64,000 bases of DNA from an uncultured Acetatifactor sp. (GTDB taxonomy: Bacteria; Bacillota; Clostridia; Lachnospirales; Lachnospiraceae), in the NCBI GenBank assembly GCA_964524555.1, contig CAZGGA010000008.1, positions 31,607 through 95,606 on the forward strand, in the 5' to 3' direction. Positions 48,235 through 57,291 of the stretch are shown piece after piece. The translations under genes were made by a program, and so were the position numbers. Within the stretch, counting starts at the first letter, position 1. Each line of letters begins with the position of its first letter. The notes under the pieces are model-generated. The model had not been told where the DNA came from. It saw nothing but the letters and a program-made list of their open reading frames with translations, and searched no databases.

Positions 48235-48606
48235 TTAATTTAATGTTGCAAGCAAAGCACCGGCTTCCACAGCATCACCTACTGCTACATTGATGCTTGC
48301 TACAGTACCATCCTGAGGTGCTACTACGGGAATTTCCATCTTCATGGCTTCCACGATTACTACAGGATCTCCTGCCTTAACTGCCTGACCGACAGCTGCT
48401 TCAATCTTAAATACCTTGCCTGCTGCGCCGGCTTCAATCTTTACGCTGCCTGCTGCACCAGATGCTGCTGCAGGTGCCGGAGCTGCCTTAGGTGCAGCCT
48501 TCGGTGCTGCAGGAGCCTTCGCTGCCACGGGAGCGCCGCTAGAAGCACCCTCTTCCACTACTACATCATATACATTTCCGTTTACGGTAATGGTATAATT
48601 CTTCAT
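48235..48606 (-). CDS. Biotin carboxyl carrier protein (1.3S/MmdC/GcdC-like)
   Basis: Ala/Pro linker and the biotinylation motif EAMKME. The ATG at 48606 has GGAGGA upstream. Confidence 0.85.
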   Translation of the reverse strand: MKNYTITVNGNVYDVVVEEGASSGAPVAAKAPAAPKAAPKAAPAPAAASGAAGSVKIEAGAAGKVFKIEAAVGQAVKAGDPVVIVEAMKMEIPVVAPQDGTVASINVAVGDAVEAGALLATLN

Positions 48607-48678
48607 TTCTTTATCCTCCATACTATAAAGCTTACGCCTTAGATATTCTTTAATTTCTATCATACATCAATTAATAAA

Positions 48679-49491
48679 TCACACTGCTCTCCTGCGGATA
48701 GACCGAACCACAAAACCATCCGTGGAAGAAGCGCCTTCGCTGGCTGCTATCGCTGCCGCTATAACCGCCACCAGCTCCAAATCGTCTGCTGCATCGACTG
48801 TCTGTTCCTGCTGTGCAATCTGTGCCACTGCATTATCAACGCTGGAAGCACTTGTTTCCTTCTTCTTGGAGAAAGCCGCCTGCATCTTGGGAATAATGGC
48901 AAACCAGGATATGATAATGCTGATTACAATCAACACTGCAAACACGGTTCCCATACCGATCACGGTATTCAATGCCGCTTTCGTCATCATTTCCCCAAAA
49001 GAAGAGATGGGATTTAATGCTGCCGATTCTAGGGTCAGAAACATATCATTGGTAAAAATAATTTCTGCCTCTGCATCCTTTTTCTCACCCTCTACTTGAA
49101 AAGTTATGATAATCTGATTGCCGTCAATCTTAGCATGCACATCGGAAGAATCTGCAGCAGGACTCTTTGTGATTCTGCCCACAGATTTCTGAGCAGAACG
49201 GAAAGAACTTGTTGCACCGAGAAAGGCATATCCGTCTGTTTTAAAACCATAGTTACCAGAAACCAAGTGCTCAATCTCTTCGCTGGTATACTCATCAATA
49301 GTGTAATCGCCAAGTTTCAGATTCTCATCATTCATGAACAATTCAAAAGTAGGCAGGACTTCCTCAACGGCACGTTTTTTTGCCGAATCCACCTTTTCCT
49401 GTTCATGCGCTGTCAGCTTCTCTTCACTTCCACAAGCCGTCAATCCAAAAACGCAGGTAATTACGCCTAATAAAGTTAAAAATTTCTTCAT
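48679..49491 (-). CDS. Lipoprotein domain fused to an OadG-like (decarboxylase gamma/delta) membrane segment
   Basis: The start MKKFLTLLGVITCVFGLTAC (lipobox LTAC) is at 49491. The C-terminal part, LNTVIGMGTVFAVLIVISIII followed by an Ala-rich tail, resembles OadG. Confidence 0.6.
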   Translation of the reverse strand: MKKFLTLLGVITCVFGLTACGSEEKLTAHEQEKVDSAKKRAVEEVLPTFELFMNDENLKLGDYTIDEYTSEEIEHLVSGNYGFKTDGYAFLGATSSFRSAQKSVGRITKSPAADSSDVHAKIDGNQIIITFQVEGEKKDAEAEIIFTNDMFLTLESAALNPISSFGEMMTKAALNTVIGMGTVFAVLIVISIIISWFAIIPKMQAAFSKKKETSASSVDNAVAQIAQQEQTVDAADDLELVAVIAAAIAASEGASSTDGFVVRSIRRRAV

Positions 49492-49507
49492 CCTATAATC
49501 ACCCTTT

Positions 49508-50938
49508 CTAGACGGTTCCATGCTTTTTTGCAGGACGGTCCTCGCGTTTTGTGAACAGCATTTCAAATGCGCCGATTACATACTTTCTGGTATCTGCTGC
49601 ATCTACAATCTGGTCCACATATCCTCTCTTGGCAGCGCTTGTGACATTTAATGCCAACGTTTCGTATTCAGCCGCTTTCTGTTCAATCACATCAGCGCCC
49701 TGTCCGTCATACATAATCTTTGCGGCAAGCTTGCTGTCCATGGTTCCAATCTGTGCATCAGGCCATGCAATAGTGATGTCTGCGCCCACAGACTTGGAGT
49801 TCATTGCCACATATGCGGTGCCGTAAGCTTTTCCAACCACTACATTAACCTTGGGAACAGTAGCATTTGCAAACGCATAAGTAAGCTTTGCCACTGCCTT
49901 TGCGATTCTTTTCTCGGAACATACGGTAGCCTCATAACCCTTCACATTGGTAAGTGTCAGCACAGGGATGCCGAATGCATCACAGAAGTTTACGAAATCT
50001 GCTGCTTTCTCACTGCCCTTTGCAGTAAGTACGCCGTCAAACTTCTCCACCACTTTGCCTGCCTCATCACAAACCTCGCTGCGATTTGCCACAGCGCCCA
50101 CAGTTGCTCCATTTAACTTGATAAAGCCGGTCACCATCTCTTTTGCATACTCTGACTTCACTTCAAAGAAATTGTTGTCATCTGCAAGAATGGAAAGCGC
50201 GATGGAGGTATCGCCCACACAGTTTGCAATCTCCGGATTCACACGGTTCAAATCATCATTACATTCTTCAAAGCTTGCGCAGTCCTCATTGTTGGCGGGC
50301 AGGAAACCGATAAGCTCCCTAATCTTGCCCAGAATGGAAGCCTCGTCAGCCACCACATCCACAATGCCGCTCTCCTGCGCCTGGAATTTTGCCGAGGAGG
50401 TGTCGTTTTTCGTAATAACATTGCCATCCAATGCATTGGGCGCATTGACAAAGAGCTTGGCATTCTTCTCCTCCATAAAGGTAAAGTCGGTCATCGTAGG
50501 AAACAGTGCAAGTCCGCCTCCACAGGTTCCAAAGATTGCCGTAATCTGAGGAATCACACCAGATGCCATTACCTGTTTTGCATAGATTCCGCCAAATGCC
50601 GCAAGGGCATCCGTTGCCTCCTGAAGTCTGAGACCGGCGCAGTCTAACAGTCCGATAACCGGCGCTCCCATCTTCATGGCCAAATCATAGAGGCCTGTAA
50701 TCTTCTTTGCATGCATCTCGCCGATAGTGCCGCCGAGTACGGAAGCATCCTGACTGTACACATACACAAGATTACCGTCAATCACTCCATAGCCGGTGAT
50801 AACGCCGTCTGAAGGAGTTTCTGTTGGTTTCTGATTGAAGTCAGTAGTTCTTGCCGTCACAAGACCGCCGATTTCAACGAAACTGTTGTCATCGAGCAAA
50901 GCTGCTATTCTTTGGCTCGCTTTTGAAGTAGTACTCAT
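49508..50938 (-). CDS. Acyl-CoA carboxyltransferase (MmdA/PccB 12S-like), substrate uncertain
   Basis: 476 aa, carboxyl_transferase-domain similarity over the full length (DGVITGYGVIDG..., MGAPVIGLLD, IFGTCGGG). Shorter at the N-terminus than the MmdA sequences I remember. Confidence 0.8.
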   Translation of the reverse strand: MSTTSKASQRIAALLDDNSFVEIGGLVTARTTDFNQKPTETPSDGVITGYGVIDGNLVYVYSQDASVLGGTIGEMHAKKITGLYDLAMKMGAPVIGLLDCAGLRLQEATDALAAFGGIYAKQVMASGVIPQITAIFGTCGGGLALFPTMTDFTFMEEKNAKLFVNAPNALDGNVITKNDTSSAKFQAQESGIVDVVADEASILGKIRELIGFLPANNEDCASFEECNDDLNRVNPEIANCVGDTSIALSILADDNNFFEVKSEYAKEMVTGFIKLNGATVGAVANRSEVCDEAGKVVEKFDGVLTAKGSEKAADFVNFCDAFGIPVLTLTNVKGYEATVCSEKRIAKAVAKLTYAFANATVPKVNVVVGKAYGTAYVAMNSKSVGADITIAWPDAQIGTMDSKLAAKIMYDGQGADVIEQKAAEYETLALNVTSAAKRGYVDQIVDAADTRKYVIGAFEMLFTKREDRPAKKHGTV

Positions 50939-50997
50939 GCTTTCTGCCCTCCGTTTATAATAAATAGATAATATATCCTAACCCAAACAGTATAACA

Positions 50998-51037
50998 TAA
51001 AAAATGCAACTCGCAAAGAACGAATTGCATTTTTTTA
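50998..51037. terminator. Hairpin flanked by A-run and T-run downstream of dac (terminator), upstream of the decarboxylase operon
   Basis: AAAAAA-TGCAAcTCG-caaagaa-CGAaTTGCA-TTTTTTT. Confidence 0.6.
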
Positions 51038-51055
51038 CAATTTTTCCATTTTTCA

Positions 51056-52510
51056 TTAAAAAATATATTGTTGAAATACATACATCATCACAAAAGAAAA
51101 GTCTTTTTGGGCAATGCTCTCACCTGTATATAATCCCTCTTCCCTAAGATAACGCTCCTCTCCGCTTTTATCAATCAGATAATAGGAAATCTTTCCCACC
51201 TTACTTCCCTCTGTTACAGGTGCCGGCAGGCTTTTCGGACAGTCTAGTTTTGCTATCACATTCTCTCCCTCACTGACCAACAGCCGGATGGGCTCCTCTT
51301 TTTCCTTTCTGACAATAGGAATGCTTACGGAATGATAAGGATTTCCATCTCTTGCGGCGCCGTTTGCCACATAGAGGCTGCCCCATGTCACTTCGGGTGA
51401 AAATTCCCGATATTCATAATGCTTAAGACCATACTCCATAAGTTCTCTGGTATCGCTCCACTTATAAGACTTATTATTGGGCCAGCCGCAGCCCAAAAGC
51501 GCCACAATAAATGTGCGTTCATCCCTGCGAAGCGCTCCCACATAACAATATCCCGCTTTATTAGTAAAACCTGTTTTGCCGCTTAAGGCCCCCTCCATCA
51601 TACCCAGAAAGGAGTTATGATTGTTACAGGTAAAGTTCCTCTTGTTTCGATAAAAACTGTAGGACGCCGTCCTTGTAATTTCCAGAAATAAATCCCGCTT
51701 GGAGGACTCGGTAATGCAGTATGCCATTATCCTCGCAAGGTCAGTCGCCGTAGTGTGATGCTCTTTCAAGGCGCTCTCCCCATTGTCAAATGTTACAGTC
51801 TCTGTGGCATCCAATCCGTTTGGCGTAATAAAATAGGTATCCTGACACCCAAGCGTATCCGCCTTCCCATTCATCAAGGCTGCAAACGCCGCCACCGCCT
51901 GTTTGCTCTCCTCCACCGTAAAATCCGCCGTGTCTTTATTTTTCAGTTCCTCTGACAAATACCTCTTGCCCACATACTCTGCAAGCGCCACTGCAGAATC
52001 ATTGTGTGATTCTAACATCAGGGAAAACAATAGTTCTCTCACTTGGTACTGTTCCCCTTTTTTTATGTACAGCTTTACCTTGGGCATGCTGGCTGCATAG
52101 GAGGAAACTGTCAGCATCTCGCCTAAATCCTCCACATGCTCCAGCACCGTGATACAGGTCATGATTTTAGTAGTGCTGGCCATGGCAAGTGCCGTATCTT
52201 CATTTTTGCCATAAAGCACCCTGCCGGAATCCGCATCTATCAATACTGCCGCTGTTGCATATAAGGACAGCTCCTCCTGCGTCTGTCCCTGTACTGCTGC
52301 CCATTCATTGGTCCGTGCTGACCCATTGTCAAGCATCACCGTCCATTTACTCCTCTGCACTACTCCATTGTCAGGCTCCATCGTCCATTTACTTCTCTGC
52401 ACCGTCGCACTGATGAGCACCGCTAATGCACATATCCCTGCTGCCCCAAAAAGCCCGCAAAAAAAGCCCCTTATTGTCCTCTGCCCAAACATCCTGATTC
52501 GCATTCTCAT
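51056..52510 (-). CDS. D-alanyl-D-alanine carboxypeptidase (S11, PBP5-like) with an N-terminal anchor and repeat
   Basis: SxxK motif ASTTK, SHN-type motif ESHND, and KTGFT (KTG box). Confidence 0.8.
   Translation of the reverse strand: MRMRIRMFGQRTIRGFFCGLFGAAGICALAVLISATVQRSKWTMEPDNGVVQRSKWTVMLDNGSARTNEWAAVQGQTQEELSLYATAAVLIDADSGRVLYGKNEDTALAMASTTKIMTCITVLEHVEDLGEMLTVSSYAASMPKVKLYIKKGEQYQVRELLFSLMLESHNDSAVALAEYVGKRYLSEELKNKDTADFTVEESKQAVAAFAALMNGKADTLGCQDTYFITPNGLDATETVTFDNGESALKEHHTTATDLARIMAYCITESSKRDLFLEITRTASYSFYRNKRNFTCNNHNSFLGMMEGALSGKTGFTNKAGYCYVGALRRDERTFIVALLGCGWPNNKSYKWSDTRELMEYGLKHYEYREFSPEVTWGSLYVANGAARDGNPYHSVSIPIVRKEKEEPIRLLVSEGENVIAKLDCPKSLPAPVTEGSKVGKISYYLIDKSGEERYLREEGLYTGESIAQKDFSFVMMYVFQQYIF
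52323..52406 (-). repeat. In-frame 42-bp tandem duplication in the 5-prime part of dac
   Basis: Units 52323..52364 and 52365..52406 share 33 of 42 positions by my count. They encode (V)VQRSKWT(M/V).(P/L)DNG twice. Confidence 0.8.
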
Positions 52511-52593
52511 TCTTTCCGGCTTTTTAACAATATATGAGGCTCTTGTATCAAATTATTCTTATTCTCATACAGGGCGTTTCACTGATTCTTTTG

Positions 52594-53163
52594 TCACACA
52601 TCCAGCTGGAGCTGAATCTCTTCCTCCGCCTGCTGCTTAAATTCTTCCACCTGAACCGGATTCACCTTGGGCAGCTCCTCAAGACTTTTTACCCCAAAGC
52701 AGCGCAGAAACTGCTCCGTGGTACCAAACAAGAGCGGTCTCCCCGGCGCATCCAGCCGTCCCAGCTCCGTAATCAGGTCATATTCCAAAAGCTTGTTGAT
52801 AGCATGGTCACAGCTGACTCCGCGCACGCTTTCCACCTCGATTCTGGTGACGGGCTGTTTGTACGCAATGATGGAAAGTGTCTCAAGCACCGTATCCGTA
52901 AGGGTCATCTTTCTGGGCGCCTTGGCAATCTTAATCAGATATTCGTACATATCCGCCTTGGTACAAAGCTGTACTGCATTGTCAAACCATGTCAGGGTAA
53001 TACCTCTGTCCTCCTGTTCATAGCGCTTTTCCATCTGTTCTAAAATCTGTCTGGTGGTCTTTACATCCTCTTCTATCACGGCGGCAAGCCTGCTCACCTC
53101 CACGGATTCTCCCATGGTAAACAGCACCGCTTCCAACACCGCCTCCGCCTTTGTTCTATCCAT
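52594..53163 (-). CDS. scpB: Segregation and condensation protein B
   Basis: 189 aa, ScpB winged-helix repeats (LEAVLF, ETLSIIAYKQPVTR..E..RGV). Confidence 0.9.
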   Translation of the reverse strand: MDRTKAEAVLEAVLFTMGESVEVSRLAAVIEEDVKTTRQILEQMEKRYEQEDRGITLTWFDNAVQLCTKADMYEYLIKIAKAPRKMTLTDTVLETLSIIAYKQPVTRIEVESVRGVSCDHAINKLLEYDLITELGRLDAPGRPLLFGTTEQFLRCFGVKSLEELPKVNPVQVEEFKQQAEEEIQLQLDV

Positions 53164-53217
53164 AGTTTTCTTTATCCTCTTCTTGCTTTCCTTTTATCCT
53201 GCCATTCCTTGCAAAAC

Positions 53218-53964
53218 TTATGCCACATTAGAGGTAATCATAATGTCGTCAAAAATCTCTTCCTGACTGATTACGATGTCCCCTGTCTTCATCAGCTCCA
53301 AAATAATCAGAAAAGTCACAATGATTTCCATTTTGCTCCTCTGCTTTTCCAACAGCTTGCGGAAACTAAAAATTTTATGTTCTCTGGCATATGCAGCCAC
53401 GTAGAGGGTTTTGACCTCCATGTCAATCTCATCCTTCTCGATATTGCCGTATTTGCTTCGAATGGGGTCAATCTTGTCCTCCTGTTTTTTCACAATGGAC
53501 TTAAAGATATCCTGAAGCTTGCTTAAATTCATATCCCCGATTAATTCCGCATAATCAATAGGCTGACGGTACGCAGCCACTTCCTCCGGAAGTTTCTGCT
53601 CTCTGTAGAGATTCCTCGCCGCATCCACCTGCCTGTCCCGCAGTTCAAAGGACATATATTTGTAAAGCTTGTACTCCAACAGCTTTTGTACCAATTCCGC
53701 TCTCGGGTCTTCTTCCTCTCCCTCTTCGTTCACTTCTCTGGGCAGAAGCATCTTGCACTTAATGTCCACCAGAGTAGCCGCCATCACCAGAAACTCGCTC
53801 ATGATGTTCATGTCCCTCTCCTGCATCTGCTTGATATAGTCAAGGTATTGAGCCGTAATTTCCACAATGGGGATATCATAAATGTCTATTTTGTTTTTCT
53901 CAATCAGATGAAGCAGAAGATCCAAAGGCCCTTCAAATGCTTCCAATTTTACCGGTATCGCCAT
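53218..53964 (-). CDS. scpA: Segregation and condensation protein A
   Basis: FEGPLDLLLHLI motif at the N-terminus, 248 aa. Confidence 0.9.
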   Translation of the reverse strand: MAIPVKLEAFEGPLDLLLHLIEKNKIDIYDIPIVEITAQYLDYIKQMQERDMNIMSEFLVMAATLVDIKCKMLLPREVNEEGEEEDPRAELVQKLLEYKLYKYMSFELRDRQVDAARNLYREQKLPEEVAAYRQPIDYAELIGDMNLSKLQDIFKSIVKKQEDKIDPIRSKYGNIEKDEIDMEVKTLYVAAYAREHKIFSFRKLLEKQRSKMEIIVTFLIILELMKTGDIVISQEEIFDDIMITSNVA

Positions 53965-54024
53965 ACTTACACTCCTCGCACGAATGGTATTATAGCAGTT
54001 TTTTGGACAAAATGCAAATTTAAC

Positions 54025-54885
54025 TCATGAATTGGACACCAAATCTATCACTGCCACTTCCCCTGGATTAAAAAGGCGGACGGGAATGGTGTGCATACCA
54101 AGCCCCCTGCTCAGTACCATAACGGACTTGTCCTCTCTGTAAATACCTCCGGTATATTGGGGAAACAGACGAATGGCGGGGGATGCCACCCCTTTCTTTA
54201 AAAAAGGGATTCTTATAATTCCCCCATGAACATGACCGGACAGCACCAAATCCGCTCCCCATGCGGCATACTGCTTAAAATAATCCGGATTATGGGCAAT
54301 CAATATATTATATTGTTCTTCCGAAGGATTTCCAAGAATACTCCCCAGATACTCTTCACCCATGGGCCATATCCTAAAACGCTTATAATACAATTTATCA
54401 ATTTCCGCCCCATAGACCATAATGCCATACTCTGCAAGGGCTATATGTTCATTCACCAGAGGCCTGATACCGCATTTTTTCAAAGCTTCATCGTATCTTT
54501 CTGCCATATCTCCATAAGTTCTGGGATATAATTTCATGCGATGCTCATGATTACCGTTGCCGTAATACACCGGATATTCCTTTGCCAATTCCTCCATAAA
54601 ACTGACTGCCACATCCAGACTTTTTCCCGGCTTTGCCGTGGGGATATCCCCCGCTACCATAATAAAATCCGGCTTGCACTCTCTGACAGCACGCAGCAAC
54701 CGCTCGTTATTTTTTCCGTAACACTTGTTATGAAGGTCTGCCAGCATCACCATCCGGCAGCCCTTCTTTATTCTTTTATCTGCAATTTCATACTGACTAA
54801 TAACAAAACGGTTGCTATCATACAATATCCACCATAGCATCACCATTACAATAACGCATGCTATTACCAAAAGTATATCCCACAT
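54025..54885 (-). CDS. Membrane-anchored metallophosphoesterase (YkuE-like)
   Basis: DLH, GDI, GNHE and GH.HGG calcineurin-like motifs after one TM. Confidence 0.75.
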   Translation of the reverse strand: MWDILLVIACVIVMVMLWWILYDSNRFVISQYEIADKRIKKGCRMVMLADLHNKCYGKNNERLLRAVRECKPDFIMVAGDIPTAKPGKSLDVAVSFMEELAKEYPVYYGNGNHEHRMKLYPRTYGDMAERYDEALKKCGIRPLVNEHIALAEYGIMVYGAEIDKLYYKRFRIWPMGEEYLGSILGNPSEEQYNILIAHNPDYFKQYAAWGADLVLSGHVHGGIIRIPFLKKGVASPAIRLFPQYTGGIYREDKSVMVLSRGLGMHTIPVRLFNPGEVAVIDLVSNS

Positions 54886-54915
54886 AGTTTCTCCCTGTGC
54901 AGTTTTTATATTGCG

Positions 54916-56091
54916 TTAATTTACCAGAAAATATCCCCAGACCTTTTTCAGATAATCCCGGTAAACTGCTTTCTCCACGCTTCCGGCATACAGAATGGGA
55001 GTGCTTCCGATTTCAACACCGTTTAGCAGATAACGCGCCCTTCCAGCTTCCATGCCTTCCTTAATGGGAGCTTGCACCGCCTCCGGCAGTTCCACAACTT
55101 TCTCCACCTGCTCCAGACTACTTCCTTGAATATCCAGATACCTGAATTCTCCCTCATACCTGATGGGAACCTGTTCCTTCACGCCGCCTTCCACCTTCAG
55201 CGGGTTTAAAACCTCCGTATTATCGTCTATGTATAGCTTGCATACGCTGAAACCATAATTCAACAGCGCCTGTGCATCTCCGAAACGCACCTTTGTGTCC
55301 GGCGCTCCCATAACCACTGCAATTAAATCAATATTATCCCTGCTGGCGGTGGCGGAAAGACAGAACTTTGCCTTGCTGGTGGAGCCCGTCTTTAACCCCG
55401 TTGCCCATTGATACTGCTTTAAAAGCTTGTTGGTGCTGTTCAGAGTAAAGATACTGCTTCCCTGCCTGGTCTCATGGGTAATATCTTCCATCCATATCTG
55501 AGTGTACTCAAAGACCTCCGGATATTTAACGGTAAGCTCTCTTGACATGATTGCCACATCTTTTGCAGAAGAATAATGATTATCCGAGTCGGTAAGTCCG
55601 CAGCAGTCCTCAAAATGAGTGTCCTCCATGCCAAGCTCTGCCGCTTTCTTGTTCATCAGCTCCACAAAGGCATCCTCACTGCCTGCAATATGTTCTGCTA
55701 CAGCCACACTAGCATCATTGCCTGAGGCAACTGCAATGCATTTTATCATGGTATCCAGAGTTTGAATCTCCCCTTCCGCCAAAAAAACCTGTGAGCCTCC
55801 CATGGAACTTGCATGTTCACTGACCAACACCTTGTCATCCAATTTGATGTTGCCTGCCTTTAGCTTTTCAAAAGTCAAAAGCAGGGTCATAATTTTGGTA
55901 ATGCTTGCAGGACTGCGCCTCTGTGTAGAATTCTGCTCATAAATAACCTGTCCTGTGGATGCCTCAATCAAAATCACCGATGGCGAAGTAATGCCCATTT
56001 CTGCCCTTACGGGCAGTGCATTCCCGAACAGCATTGTAATACACAGCAGTACACTGCAAAGAAAAGCTTCTGTTCTCTTAACAAATTTCAT
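54916..56091 (-). CDS. D-alanyl-D-alanine carboxypeptidase (DacB/DacF-like, S11)
   Basis: Signal peptide from MKFVKRTEAF (ATG 56091), then SITK, SGND and KTG motifs. Confidence 0.85.
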   Translation of the reverse strand: MKFVKRTEAFLCSVLLCITMLFGNALPVRAEMGITSPSVILIEASTGQVIYEQNSTQRRSPASITKIMTLLLTFEKLKAGNIKLDDKVLVSEHASSMGGSQVFLAEGEIQTLDTMIKCIAVASGNDASVAVAEHIAGSEDAFVELMNKKAAELGMEDTHFEDCCGLTDSDNHYSSAKDVAIMSRELTVKYPEVFEYTQIWMEDITHETRQGSSIFTLNSTNKLLKQYQWATGLKTGSTSKAKFCLSATASRDNIDLIAVVMGAPDTKVRFGDAQALLNYGFSVCKLYIDDNTEVLNPLKVEGGVKEQVPIRYEGEFRYLDIQGSSLEQVEKVVELPEAVQAPIKEGMEAGRARYLLNGVEIGSTPILYAGSVEKAVYRDYLKKVWGYFLVN

Positions 56092-56182
56092 ATAGAAAAT
56101 GCCACACTCCCATGCTCTTTCTCTATTACAGAATATGGAAGTATGACATTTAATATGCATAATAATAACCTAAAACTGTGGC

Positions 56183-56776
56183 TCAATACCACCTTGCAAT
56201 AAAGGATTGGCATCTCTCCACAAACTGATTTCTTTTCTCCCTCACATCGATGTCAAACACCTGTATCAGCTGAATGGCATAGTCCACTGCCACAGCAAAC
56301 AAAATTACCTCTAACAGCCGAATACCCAGACTGATGCTGAATCTGTCAATAAAATGATATACTGTATCCTGTAAAAACTGTACCACGCCAATGGCATAGA
56401 ACCCCCATGCCACTGTGCTTTCCAAACAGATAATGCCCTGATAATTAAAAGGCTTTTCATTATAGTCCCACCAGAGTTCGCCCAGAAACCGTATCATGCC
56501 CCTGCCCACAATATATTCAAAAATTGTGGCCAGCACGGCGCCTAACAGATAAATCTTCACGTAATGCCCTCTCAAGGGACTTAATATCAGGGACCCTATC
56601 ACTGCGCCAAATCCATAGATTGGACAGAAGGGACCTTTTCCAAACCCCCTGTTTGTAATCTTTCGATTGCAGAAAGACATATAGATGGATTCCACGAGCC
56701 ATCCTAAAATACTATACACCACAAAAGCTGCTACCAGATGATAAACATCTGTTCCAAACATCTCTTTTGTCCACAT
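56183..56776 (-). CDS. Polytopic membrane protein of the 'putative ABC-transporter type IV' (CmpB-like) family
   Basis: 197 aa. YSILGWL.E.. and PIYGFGA blocks as I remember them for that family. Confidence 0.55.
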   Translation of the reverse strand: MWTKEMFGTDVYHLVAAFVVYSILGWLVESIYMSFCNRKITNRGFGKGPFCPIYGFGAVIGSLILSPLRGHYVKIYLLGAVLATIFEYIVGRGMIRFLGELWWDYNEKPFNYQGIICLESTVAWGFYAIGVVQFLQDTVYHFIDRFSISLGIRLLEVILFAVAVDYAIQLIQVFDIDVREKRNQFVERCQSFIARWY

Positions 56777-56900
56777 ATTGATACCCTCTTTGCATTATAG
56801 GAACCTTTCTAATCCTATAATTATGTACCGCAAGCCATGCTTATGATATTGTGCCAATTCGTTCTCCCCCCAAAACCAGAGAACCTGTCTTACACTAAGT

Positions 56901-56934
56901 AAAGTCCTTAAACCATACATAGTTCAAGGACTTT
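56901..56934 (-). terminator. Hairpin immediately downstream of rpsU
   Basis: AAAGTCCTT-16 nt-AAGGACTTT. Weak U-tract. Confidence 0.4.
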
Positions 56935-56942
56935 GCCTCATT

Positions 56943-57119
56943 TTAGTTATATTTCCGCTTTCTTGCTGCCTCAGACTTCTTTTTGCGCTTTACGCTTGGT
57001 TTCTCGTAATGCTCTCTCTTACGAATCTCCTGCTGAATACCAGCTTTTGCACAGCTTCTTTTGAAGCGGCGCAATGCGCTGTCTAAAGTCTCGTTCTCTT
57101 TTACGATTACATTCGACAT
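56943..57119 (-). CDS. rpsU: 30S ribosomal protein S21
   Basis: Not in the ORF track because it is 58 aa. The reverse strand reads [58 protein letters not shown], a textbook S21 sequence. Confidence 0.9.
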   Translation of the reverse strand: MSNVIVKENETLDSALRRFKRSCAKAGIQQEIRKREHYEKPSVKRKKKSEAARKRKYN

Positions 57120-57203
57120 CTCTGCACCCGACCTCCCTTCAGTCCCTCTAGTACATGACTGATTGGGTTATTCTTTTATGCATCATTCCTATGCACATAT
57201 CAC

Positions 57204-57231
57204 ATTATACCATATATTTGAAATTCGTCAA
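57204..57231 (-). promoter_or_regulatory. Candidate extended -10 promoter for rpsU
   Basis: On the minus strand: TTGACG (57231..57226), 16-nt spacer ending in TGG, then TATAAT (57209..57204). Confidence 0.45.
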
Positions 57232-57291
57232 CTGCTTTTTTGCAAAATTAGGGAAATTAGGCAAAAACAGCGTCTAGTAGTAAACGCCCCG

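Noticed and set aside
48420-48560. GC-rich, repetitive GCTGC/GCAGC DNA inside the BCCP gene.
   Set aside because: It encodes the Ala/Pro-rich flexible linker ([18 protein letters not shown]) that is normal for biotin carrier proteins, not an independent repeat element.
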